Source: Felis catus
Lineage: Eukaryota
Direction: 5' to 3'
DNA length: 64,000 nucleotides
Assembly (NCBI RefSeq): GCF_018350175.1
Contig: NC_058382.1
Span: 53,446,001-53,510,000 of the forward strand
Part shown: positions 39,240 through 50,600 of the stretch, piece after piece
Layout of the letters: every line of letters starts with the position of its first letter
Position numbering within the stretch: position 1 is the stretch's first letter
Made by a program: the position numbers and the translations under genes
Notes under the pieces: generated by a model
What the model saw: only the letters and a program-made list of their open reading frames with translations
The model's database searches: none
What the model was told of the DNA's origin: nothing

Positions 39240-40909
39240 AAAATGTGCTCTTGATAGAGTTGGCCTTCTTTCCTTCTTGCGTCAAAAACATGTATGGAGA
39301 CTTTCTCTTCACGCACTAGATACCGGCAGTGTGAAAAGACAATATCTACAATAACGTACGAAGTTGGCTGTAGAGAGATGGCACACGGTAACGTGTGTGA
39401 AAATGGAAGTGTTTGCACTAAAAATAACTGCAGACTTTCCGATTTTTCAGTTTGCTCTGATGAAACATACATAAAAACGAGATGTGATCTCAGTCATTTG
39501 TGCGTACTGCCTATATGCTGACTTTCTCTTCGACCCGTTCCCTGGAGTCAGGCTCTGATTCTTCTTTCTGCCCAGAGTGTGGCTGCTCCAGAACATTCTG
39601 AAGGGTGACACGATGTGGGATCAAAACTTCCACGTGCCCTCATCTGACTTGTGCCTTCTCGGTTCCTTTCCTGTTGGCCCAAAGAACACTCTGGAAATTC
39701 CATGGACTCTCAGATATTGTGCCAAACTTTCAGGGTATGAGTTTTCTACTAGTATTTTCGGTATACTCCTGTAATGATTCTTGGTATGAACAACAACAAC
39801 AAAAATAACTAAGGTCCCGAGGGAGTTACAGCCTGGAGGTTGGGGGTAGGAGCTGAGGGCAAGTTTCCAAGGTGATTCTCAACTTGAGTGGGGAGAAGCC
39901 TGTTCAAATTTTAAAAGATGGCCAGTCTTGGTAGAATAGTTGGCCCCTCTCACAGATCGCCCCATCAGGCCGGGGTATTTTATGTCTCCTTTCCCAAGAC
40001 AGGTTCCGTTTCACTTGTAATTCACACGGGAGCTTGGCAAGATGCTTGGATTAGGTGTTCCCTTGTTCATAAGGCTTGTTATGTTCGAGGGAGAATTTGG
40101 TCCCTGCCTGGGGACTTGGCTGAGGAGGAGGTGAAGCCTGGCTTTTCTGGAACTTCAAGACAAGCTGTACCAAGGAAGAAATGCCCCCCAGGCTGAAATG
40201 ACGGATCGCAGTGTGATCCTGCCGTGCACGGTGACACGTACAGATATTCTGCAGCTCTTGGAGACGCGGGGAAGTAAAACCAAACCGAGGTTCACAACGA
40301 GACTCGTTCACAACGAGACTGCCTCAGACTTGGCCAAGGAAATTAGCGATGGGCGTACCTCATAAAACATTTAAGTTTGGGCTCATTTCAATTAAGCCTC
40401 TCAGAGCCCCAGGTGTTTGTCCAAAGCTTACCTGAGCCTGAACTCTTGGAACCAACTGAGTTTGCCGAGACCTGCAAGGACACGCATCCCCATGAGAAGT
40501 TTTGCAATGAGAACCCCCCCATCTCCACTCCAGCCTGAAAGGATCCCATCTGAGGACCATGAAAAGTAGGTTCCAAACATTTCTAACCTACAAGAAGTTA
40601 AGCTTTCAGTTTAACTAGACAGGCCCCAGTATCTGCTTTTTTTTTGGTGGGGGGCTTTTTGGGGGGGGGGAGGATGAGATCTGAAAAATTATCTTTCTGT
40701 CCCAGATGAAGACATCACATATTATGGAACGATGCTCTCTCCATTAGATGAAAAATCAGTGAAGTGCAGAACACAAACTGTGGTCCCCTCTTTCCCATCC
40801 TGGGTTGAGATAGATTCGGGGGTCAGGTCAGGCCAAATGGGGTCCTCCTTGTCCCATTTCCTACAGTCATGAAAAGCCCTTATCTAATGTATTTAATAAA
40901 AATGATAAT

Positions 40910-41145
40910 GACAACAATAACTGACCATTAACGGAACCCTCACTCGATCCTGGCATCGCGCTGAGCATTTTATAAGTGATTACGTCATTTCCTCCCCATG
41001 GCTACTCTCTGGACCGGGCACTGTGATTATCCACATTGTACAGACAAGAGAAATGGGCTGTGGGAGACGACATGAGTCATCTGAATTCACTGTCACCAAG
41101 TGTCAGGAATCGAACCTGGGTCTCTCCAGTCACAGAGCTCTTGTT
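40910..41145 (-). mobile_element. MIR, near full length
   Basis: ctggcatcgcgctgagcattttataag...gattatccacattgtacagacaagagaaatggg...aggaatcgaacctgggtctctcc. Confidence 0.7.
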
Positions 41146-41654
41146 CCGCTGGATGAGTCTCCGCTGAGATACTTTTCATAAGAAAGAACAAAGCTGTCAT
41201 TTAAATAAATGAATCTGGCGGTGTTAATAAGATAATGTGCATGAAAATGCTTTGAGAGTTGCACAGCCTCACATAAAGGTTAAGAATTAATTATTACAAA
41301 GAAAGAAATTCTATAGTGTGGGAGGAAGGGCAGAAGAGGGAAAGTGGAAAAGATATTGATCACGAAATGAAAAGAACTGTATCTTGGAAGCATATCAATG
41401 TAATGATTATGAATTTGTAAAACTCAAGCATTCAACGACTGGAAGGGAGAAGAGCGGAGGAACGGAGGGAGAAAAAAGATTAATTTGCGGGAGGTGTGAA
41501 AATAGGGACAGATCTTTTCTCTCTTTGATTCAGATTTCCATTAGATCATTTGTGCAAATTAAAAAGGCAGAACGAAGACTGCATGAATCCACGTTGAGAA
41601 CTGGGCATTCCGGCTTATTGTGTGGTTAACCAAAGCTCCTCTCCTTGCTCTTAG

Positions 41655-41870
41655 AGATGCTGCTTTGGGTGGATCTCGACGCCGAATGTGAGTAAATCGC
41701 CTGGCGACCCTTTGGAACTGTAGACTCTCAGATTCGTTGCCAGACATTGTCACTCAGAAGTGCAGCGAGGCCACGGAATCTGCCCTGTTAACCCGTGTCC
41801 TATTTGAATTTTAACAAGCCCTTCCCATGGTTGGGATGTCAGTGGTCTACAGATCACACTGAGCGAGACA
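41655..41870. mobile_element. MER5-type MITE, diverged
   Basis: aatcgcctggcgaccctttggaactgtagactctcag...ttttaacaagccc...gtggtctacagatcacactgag. Confidence 0.5.
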
Positions 41871-42639
41871 GCAGAATTCGCAGTTCAAATGAGAGGACCT
41901 TATGCCCTGATTTTTTTTTTTTTCCACAAATGTGGAGATCAGTATTCATTGTATGTAGGTATTATTGATTAAGTTCCTTGTCAGAAAACCAGATTTTCCT
42001 GGTGGTGGCCCCGTGTGAATTTGGAGGAAGTCGTACACACTTTAGTACTATGGGAGACCTTTTGTATATGGTCTTATTTCATACTTAAGGTAACTTTGTG
42101 AGACTAGGATTATTTTGTAGGTAAGGGAACCAAGGATTAGGAAGGCTTAAATATCTTGAATGGAGTCATACTTCTAAGAAGGGTTGGAGTCAGGATTCTA
42201 AACCAGTCTATATTTATTCCTTACAGTATATCGTGGAACTTCAAGACCTCTGTCTTGGGGTGAAATGTATTATGGGTCTACTGTGATGAGAGCAATGGTT
42301 ACGCAGGCGGAAAGCCAGACATTGTGGACGGATAGTTCAGGTTCACAAAGCCAAAGCCAGCCTTCAGCGCATACTGATCTTGCTGGGGGAATCTCAACTC
42401 TGAGGACTGATTGGAATCTCAGGTACACTGGGGCCATCGGTGCAAGCTTTCTCCTGCTTGGGACTACCTCTTACCCTCCTTCCTGATTTGGGACTCCATC
42501 CATTGCTACCATCGATTGGCTGCCATGACAGAGGAGAAGCTTGATACGGCCTATACCCCCATTCTTGATTTTGTCATGGTCATGAAAATGAGGGAAAGTA
42601 GAACCTTCTGTGCAATTATCATCATGAACATCACTTTAT

Positions 42640-42860
42640 TCAGTGGATATTTTTTGGACTCCGTCTAAGGCTATGTGCCAGGCAGCGGAGGGGAGTGGGG
42701 TTTAGCACTGAACCAGACAAAGGCCTGGTCCTCAGGAAGCTTATGTTCTAGAGGACAGAACCACAGTGGCAGATAGCAAATAAACAACTAAGGACATAGG
42801 ATGCCAGAGAGTAAACACTGGTGTGGAGAAGAAGAAAGCATGGTAAGGAAGCTAGGGAGC
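42640..42860 (-). mobile_element. L2 3' end
   Basis: ctatgtgccaggca...gaaccagacaaaggcctggtcctcaggaagcttatgttctag...aaataaacaa. Confidence 0.6.
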
Positions 42861-42969
42861 CAGGAGTTTCGAATCTATGTACTAGTCATACGTACGCATA
42901 TATATTAATACACATTAATGCGTAGATATTTTTGAAAACACTGAACACTATTAAAAAGAATACAGAGTC

Positions 42970-43192
42970 GGGACGCCTGGGTGGCGCAGTCGGTTAAGCG
43001 TCCGACTTCAGCCAGGTCGCGATCTCGCGGTCCGGGAGTTCGAGCCCCGCGTCGGGCTCTGGGCTGATGGCTCAGAGCCTGGAGCCTGTTTCCGATTCTG
43101 TGTCTCCCTCTCTCTCTGCCCCTCCCCCGTTCATGCCCTGTCTCTCTCTGTCCCAAAAAGAAATAAACGTTGAAAAAAAAATTAAAAAAAAA
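42970..43192 (+). mobile_element. Young feline CanSINE inserted in an old L1 3' end
   Basis: Perfect 17-bp TSD aaaaagaatacagagtc at 42953-42969 and 43193-43209. Confidence 0.96.
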
Positions 43193-43209
43193 AAAAAGAA
43201 TACAGAGTC

Positions 43210-43640
43210 TCACGCATAAGCCTACTACATCGAGGTAAGCGCTGTTCACTGCCTGACCTATTTTCTTTTGAACTTTTTTCTCTGTATTGAATTGGGATCC
43301 CATTGTACCTGCTTTTATAACGCAACCTGCATATATTTTTTTTTTTTTTACTGAACATGCCATAATCATTCTCCCGTGTCATTAGCATGAGTTTATATTT
43401 AAAGGTTTGCTAAGTGCCATTGTAGGAATGCACTACAATTGATTTAGCTATTTCCTCTGTCGTTAGGCCTTTAGATCACTTTCCATTTTTCAGCAGTGTA
43501 AATATCACACTAATGCTCCTTCTTATCGATAAATCTTTGTGTGGACATCGAAATATTTTTTTCAGAATAAATTCGTCTGCTCTTGAGTCTGTTTTCTGAG
43601 GTTCTGGATGGACGTTGCCAAAGTGCCCCCCAGAAGCAGC
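43210..43640 (-). mobile_element. Old L1ME-type 3' fragment (continues at ~42905-42969)
   Basis: T-rich; ttccatttttcagcagtgtaaatatcac...aaatctttgtgtggacat...ggacgttgccaaagtgccccccagaa. Confidence 0.6.
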
Positions 43641-45432
43641 ACAGAGGCTCAGCCATCTAGCCACGCCAGGGCGTAAACCCTTTGCAAAGCTCTCTTTGAA
43701 GAATTCTGTGCTGGGCTTTCATTTCATTTGGCCTAATCTCAAGGGTCCAGTTCTCCCAGGTCTGGGGACAGGTATGTGCCACTCCCCACCATGACATTCC
43801 TACAGGACCCTTTCCGTCTGCACAGTGGAGTAGGTCTCTGACCACTTGGGTCCCTTCCCCGGAATCTGAAAGGATGACCTTCGTCCCCTCCCCCAACCTC
43901 TGCTTGAGTGCGTCTTAATCTATTCCTGGCCTCCCAGGGCCCCCCTCCAGGATGCTGTAATCACAGCACTAACCTGTGTTCACATTTCCCATTATCGAGC
44001 AGAAATCCCCCTGTGCATCCCCGCAGCCCGGCTGCTTCCTAATGGCCCCAACTCCCAACTTCTAATGGCCCCATTCTCATTTCTCCCAAGAGCCAGCTCT
44101 TTTTGCTAGTGTTTCAAGACTCCTGGTCCAGACGAAATTTCCCCCCATGATGTCCATCTGGCCAAATTACAGGTGATGTAAGCAGTGAGACACAGGGACG
44201 GGTATGTCTGCATCAATAGGACAGAGGAACCTCCCGAGGCCATCCATCTTCCGTCTCCTCCAGTGACATCCACCCATGCCCCTCCTTGTCTGTGATTTGG
44301 GGATGAGAGACGGCATCCCTAATTGCTGGTGCCATGCCACAGAGACAGGGGGAGGCTGGTAGTCTGAGGAGAGCCCTCCCTTCTCGCCCCAACACTTCCC
44401 GGACACACTGCTTCTCTCTTTGTGGATAAAAACCAGTGGACAGGGTGGACTTTCCACTTTGCAGTTCATCACATGGAAGATCTCACCTTCAGAGGAAATG
44501 TTAGCAAGGGTACAGAGACTCCTCTGAACGTCAAAGCGTTCCAGGGTTTGAGCTGTGTGTGCGGGGGCCTCAAGAAGGAGGCCCTCCCCTCTCGGCCTCA
44601 ACGGCAGCTTCCTCAAAACGGATAAATGTTGTGCTGATGTAGAGGATGGCGATCAGAAGTGATTACAAAGCATGGTGCGAGCACAAAACTAATGATTGTT
44701 TTAAAAAAGGAAAATAGTGTAAGCACTGGACAATGCCAGCATCTCCATTTTTTTTTTTTTTTTCCCTTTCTAGTTCTTCTGAAGCCACCTGGGGATCAGG
44801 TTTTCCATTTTTCTCTTCCTTGATCAAGGTGAGAGATTATTCATGTGCTTTCACAGCCGACTGCTAAGTACCCGGGTTTGATGCTAGGCACCTATTTCTG
44901 GGGAAAGAGAGGGGTGGGTTGGCGGGGGCCGGGTGAAAGGGAAAAACGTTCTTCAGTTGCAGACTCAAGAAGTTATCTCTGAACTTGGATTTAATTGTGA
45001 ATCGGTAATTAAATTATTAAAACAAAGAAGAGTCCTCTTTCCAAATCCCCAAAGGATTCCTAGGAGAGCAGACTGGAGCCTTTTTGAGTGACAATAGTAC
45101 AAAACAGACCTCCAGGGGGAGGTCTGGGTGACTACAGCTGCCCCCTGAAATGCTCGCCAGCCTTCTCGGAGTTTCTAGAGTTTCTTACCTTGAGGAAGAA
45201 GTCATTCGCTGGCTCAAAAAATAAGAGAGGCTCCCACTTGGTTTCAGGAACTCTGCTAGGTGCTGGGGGTTCAGAGGTGAGCAAGCCAGAGAAAGTTCCT
45301 CCCCTCATGGAGTTTCCAATCTAGTGCAGTAAAGGCAGTTCGTCCACTGGTCCAGAAGGAAACAAACACAACTTGAGGGCATGGGCAGTTCTTGCAGGAA
45401 ATAACTGGGGAAGGTGATTAAATGCAATGTTC

Positions 45433-45638
45433 AGGAGTGCCTGGGTGGCTCAGCCGGTTAAGCGTCCGACTTCGGCTCAGGTCATGATTTCATGGGTCGT
45501 GAGTTCGAGCCCCGAGTTGGGCCCTGTGCTGACAACTCAGAGCCTGGGGCCTGCTTCAGATTCTGTGTCTCCCTCTCTCTCTCTGCCCCTTCTCTGCTCG
45601 GGCTCTGTCTCTCTGTCCCTCAAAAATAAACATTAAGA
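45433..45638 (+). mobile_element. CanSINE
   Basis: ggagtgcctgggtggctcagccggttaagcgtccgacttcggctcaggtcatga head, CT segment, aataaacatt tail. Confidence 0.92.
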
Positions 45639-48519
45639 ATTTTTTTTTTAATGTTAGCAATATTACCGACGGACTGAGGCAAGGTTACCTTCCCCATCTC
45701 CCCTTCCACTCGCAAGAGCCACAGGGAATTTTTTGAGGGGGGAATGTGATCATGCATAATCACTGGGATTTCACGTGTTGTCACTGGCCCTTTAGACATT
45801 AACTTTTCCCTCTCCACTACGAGGTAAATGTCATGAAAACAGGGCAAGATTCCTTTGTTAACTTCACCCTTCCTCTACTGCACATAGTAGGAGTTCAGTA
45901 AACATTGTGCAATGTGTTAATGAATTAAGAAAGGCTCTGTTTGAGGAGGCTGCTGTGACGGACACTGATGATGGCTACCAGCTAATTGGTATCCATCAGG
46001 GAAGAACAGAAACAGAGACATCACGAGAAGTAGTACATGATACCTGTGGAGGTGGGAAACTGAGTCCACGTGCTCTGAAAGTGGCAACTCCATTGCCCTC
46101 CCCACCAGCCAGGCACAGAAGCCTGCAGAGGTGAAACTCAGAGCCTCGTGTTGGTGGTATTACATCTAGGAGGGCTTCCACTAGGAAGAAAAATGGGAAG
46201 AATGGTTGACTCAATTACCTTATCCTCGTAGTTCAGGCTCCTAAGAATGCAGAAATTCGAAAGAGCAATGGAGTAGCCCCCGAGGGCTCTCAGACACCTC
46301 ATTTATGATCTTTCAGAAGGTGTTCTGGCTTCTGCCTTTTATGTGTGGGGTTGGTGTCATCTCTAAGTTAGGAACTTGACTGTGAGTACGCCTGATTCTG
46401 GTTATGCCCACGGACTTCCCTTAAACATCTCCGTCTGTACCTTTCTGGAAAGGGTAACGTTTTCTGTTTGGTTCAGTTGGAAGGCCGGAGGCCGGAAGCT
46501 TTCGTGAATCATTGAAGATCTGAAAGTCAACCAGGCTTCATCAAAAAGGCAGTGAAGTCCCCAGGAGAGGAGGGAGAGATACAAGTGGAACCGGGGTCTG
46601 TCACGGGGGTGACGTATAAAACTCTGGGTCATAATTGTAAAACAAAGTAAAACAAAACAAACCAAAACCAAAAACCAGTTGCTGTGAAGTCCTGTCCACA
46701 CCTGACCCCGTGACATGAGCCCATGACACCACACATTCATCCTGTGGCCATCAGAGGATACTTTAGCTAATTCTGCGTCCTTGACTCACACACCAGGAGT
46801 CGGCCCCCAAGGAGTTCCTGGGCCTCGCTGTGTCTCATCTGCAGAAGGGGTCGAAGAGTTTTACCAGCCAGTGTTGCTGCTTTGCTGTCAGGGCTCTGAG
46901 AGGGTCCTACTTAGCAAACGCCAGGCTCCTGCTCAGCAGTTAAATAAATCTCAGTGTCATTTGATTCTGAACTCTCTCAGTTCAGGGACACTGAGAGTTT
47001 ACACGTTTTTTTAATAGAAGCTACACCGGGCCCAGGCAGAAGTCACTAGGACTCGAATGTACCCACTCCCTGATTATGGAAGCAGTGAAAAATGTGTTGA
47101 TTTTTATCCCTTTGGTGAGCTGTACGCCCACCTAAGAAAACCAGGCCTAAACATATGGTCCCAATTTCTTGTCTTAGGGGAACGACCAATGTTCTTCGAG
47201 GAGTTAATTTTCACCAGTTTCAATAAAAAGTCATGTCCCGTCCATGGAAAGTGGGTTGGATTCCAACAACAGGCTTGGCTAACTGCTCTCAGTGGCCACG
47301 TGGATGTCAGACCTGGACCCAGGAGAGGACAGTTGTCCACGAAGGCTGTCCTGATGGCCCCCAATGCCTTTAAGTTGCCCCCTGTGATCGCATCATGCAC
47401 GTCTCTCCCCTTTGTGACACAGCTAATGCTGGAAATCTGGGCCTGTGGTGGGGTTTGAGTAACAGTGCTTCACCCAGTTGACTGGGAGCATAGGGACGGT
47501 TGTCCCCAGTGCCTAGCCCAGAGGCAGAGCAACTCTAGGGAAATACGGCGCAAGAAACAAGGGGCGGCCTGCGTGGCTCTTGGCTAAGAGAATACAGAAG
47601 CGGGAGAGACAAAACACCGGGCGGGGAGGCGGCTGGTTGCACTGGGCAAAGCTTGAGGAAGTAGAGTTTGCAACGGGAGGGATTTAGGCTAGGGCTCAGG
47701 AAGAGAGCTGCTTTGTAAACATTCTCTCCAATTCAGGGCTGCCTAAAGCATTACAGTGGGTACCATGGAAAACCGCCAGCAATTGTATCAGCCTCTGCAA
47801 ACACAATAATCTGCCCTGCTCCCGTCCCGATTTTTATTTTCCATAGGTTTTTAAAGCAAAGTTTTAGCAGATAAAGTTTACGGCAGCAGATTATGAGGAG
47901 GGTTTTGGCTAGGCTTTTTAAGCTAGGGGGATTTAAGGAAGGAGACAGAACTATCTTTCTGGGACCAAGGGAGTCTCTGGGGATGGGTGGAGCTGGAGAG
48001 GCTCCCACCGGCTGGGTAATACTGGGTATGGAAGTTCAAACACATCTCCTTTCAGTCATCAGGAAAGCAATACCCCTTAGGCTCCTTCTGTGTTAGGAAG
48101 CCTGCCCAGGTCCCTCTCGCTCTGGAAAGGGAAGAGGGAAGGCTAGTTGGGGCCTCTTTGCTGAGCCTGTTAGGCAACAGCAGACTGAGTACAGACACGC
48201 TTCTCTCCGGTGCCAGGCTCGGAACAAGGGCTAGGGTGGTAGGGAGCCATCTGCCAGGGAGAAACCAGCCTCCCCGGGGGATGCTCATCCACCGGTCAAT
48301 CCCGCTCCCAGCTGGGGCCCAGTTCCAGGCGGTCTCGGACAGGGCAGTAGAACAGATTTCATTTCTCACTGACTCTCCCTCTCTTCCCTCCTCTTCCTTC
48401 ACTAAAAAAATCCCCAACCCCTACATTTTGTTGTTGTTTTAAATTCATCACTTAATCACAGGCATTCTTGGAAAGCTGAGAAGCTAGCCACAGTGCGGGG
48501 AGAAAGGGGTGGAGGGGGG

Positions 48520-48660
48520 GAGGTCTGGGCTCCAGTTCTGAGACTGCCACTGAGTGACTGTGTGACCTCTGGCCAGATGCACTGCTTCTCTGCGCCTCAG
48601 TGTCCTCACCTGCGAATAGGGTTAATTTCACACGCCCTAGTGATCACCACAACGGTGAAG
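48520..48660 (+). mobile_element. MIR core
   Basis: ctgccactgagtgactgtgtgacctctggccag...cttctctgcgcctcagtgtcctcacctgcgaataggg. Confidence 0.75.
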
Positions 48661-49054
48661 CTATACCAAGATGAATTAGAAAAAGAGGAAAAAGGAAATT
48701 TTGTAAGAAAAATAAACACACGTGTCACATACACTCAACTGCACAGCTGCCCACAAAATTCAAAGAAAACAGTGGTTCTTGGCGCGCAGTTGAGTTTATG
48801 TGAGTCTGCAGCCCTTTGTGAGAGCAACACTTTTACAGGCTTGCTCTCCTGGGCAGATAACTGGCTTTGAGGTGTGATGGATGTGCCAAGTTAGAAGCTG
48901 TGCGGCCTTGATCAAGTCATTTTTCCTCTCTGAGCTGTAGTTTCTGAACCAAAGAGAAGCTTCGTAAGTGAATGTGTACTGCGGCATGCAGATAAGACAC
49001 TCTCCAAAGAGACAGAACCAGTGTCTTTCTTCTCTACTGGATTTCTTGAATCTT

Positions 49055-49267
49055 TTTTTAAAAAAAAATTTTTTTTAATGCTTATTTTTGAAGGAAAGAA
49101 CAGGAGTGGGGAAGGGGCAGAGAGAGAAGGAAACATAGAATCTGAAGCAGGCTGTAGGCTCTGAGCTGCAGCACAGAGGAGGAGGCAGGGGCTCGAACCC
49201 GTGAACCGTGAGATCATAACCTGAGTAGAAGTCGACGCTCAACCGACTGAGCCCACTCAGGTGCCCC
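49055..49267 (-). mobile_element. CanSINE
   Basis: Reverse SINE body ending caggtgcccc; approximate TSD gatt(t)cttgaat. Confidence 0.88.
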
Positions 49268-49779
49268 TCGATTCTTGAATTCTTGAGGAAGATCCACATA
49301 ACATGCAAGTGCTAAAACTAGGGACGGGCCTAGGGTGAAGACATGCCCACTGGGGGCATTGCTGGCTGCCCAGTGGGGGGATCTAAGAACCCCCATACCA
49401 CATGGGCTGTCCTAGAGTCCGGCACCAACGCCAGGAAGTGGGTAGAACGTGGGGTTCTGGAGCCGGAAACAGACTCCGGATGGAGTCCTGCTTCTGCCTG
49501 GCGACCTGAAGCAAAGTGGTTCACCGCTCTTGCCTCAGTTTACCGGCCTGAACAAGCTTTCAATAGGAGGAACCCGGTAATTGCTCAGCACAGCGTCTGG
49601 TACAGCAAATGATAGTTCTTCCTATTACTTGATTAATGGTATTATTACGAATCCCACACACCCAGAGCTGTGTACAGCTCAGTTCTCTTTCCCTCCCTGA
49701 CAGTTTCCATTTTCTCCACTGAGGCCCTGCTGTGCAGCACGGGGAACTCTTCAATGCCAGACGCTCCACACCAGGCGTG

Positions 49780-50151
49780 AGCTGTACGCAAGGTGCAGGG
49801 GTTCAACTCTGGGGAAGTGCCCCAGCGGCCACCCCGACGCGGGGAAGGAAGAGACTAGAGAAAGGGCATCGGCAGCTCTCGCAAAAGTTCACCGAGTTGA
49901 TAAAGTTATTAAAACATAAAACACACACAGGCACCAGGCGGGGGGGAAAATGCATGAAATCAAACAAGCCGCGCGTCCAGCCCTTTACCTCTAGGCTGTG
50001 CAAAGCCAGGAGGGCCAGGGAGCCAGGAGAGGAGGAACGAGTCTGACAGGTGAGCCACCCCAGAGGCTCAACCTCCCCGGGCGAGGCGCAGGGAGGCGTC
50101 CGCCCCGCCCAGGCTACACCCCCAGCTCACTCCCGACCCCTCCTTAAAAGG

Positions 50152-50182
<31 letters not shown>

Positions 50183-50600
50183 AAGAAAGAAAGGAAAAAA
50201 AAAAAAGAAAGAATGAGCCACTGGCCCTGGTGGAGGGGGTGGATTGGAGCGCACGCCCCGAGCTCACTCACCAGGCCAGGGGAGGGGGGAGGAGCCCCGA
50301 AGCCTCTCGCGCGCCATTGGCCCATCTGCGTAGCAACAGCCGCGGGCGGACCAATGGGGGCCGTGCAGCCGCCGCCCCGCTCCGGCCACTCCGCTGCCAA
50401 AAAGTTGCCTGCCCCTGCCAAGAAAACAGACCCGGGGACTCTTCACACTCCAGCGCGGACTTCGCGTTCTTTCTCTCCCTCCCCCCACCCTTTCTCGGTG
50501 CACCTCCTCTCTCTGCTGATGCTGGCTTAGGCCCCCTTTTCGGAAGGCAGGCTCTTTCCCCACAAGGGCATGGGGCGGGGCGGGGGGGGGGGACCCTATT
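49780..50600. promoter_or_regulatory. CpG-island promoter of an unidentified gene or lncRNA
   Basis: CpG-rich non-repetitive DNA; ATTGG 50316-50320 and CCAAT 50351-50355; GGGCGG 50344-50349; further GC boxes ~50100-50110 and ~50572-50584; TAGCAAC RFX half-site 50331-50337; several consensus splice donors. Confidence 0.75.
49989..50142 (-). other. Candidate non-coding 5' exon
   Basis: Preceded on the minus strand by a branch-like CTCAT, a 68-nt pyrimidine tract and AAG; followed by donor GAG|GTAAAG; contains no ATG. Confidence 0.4.

Noticed and set aside
40290..40320. 15-bp direct repeat gttcacaacgagact x2
   Set aside because: Simple local slippage duplication with no further context.
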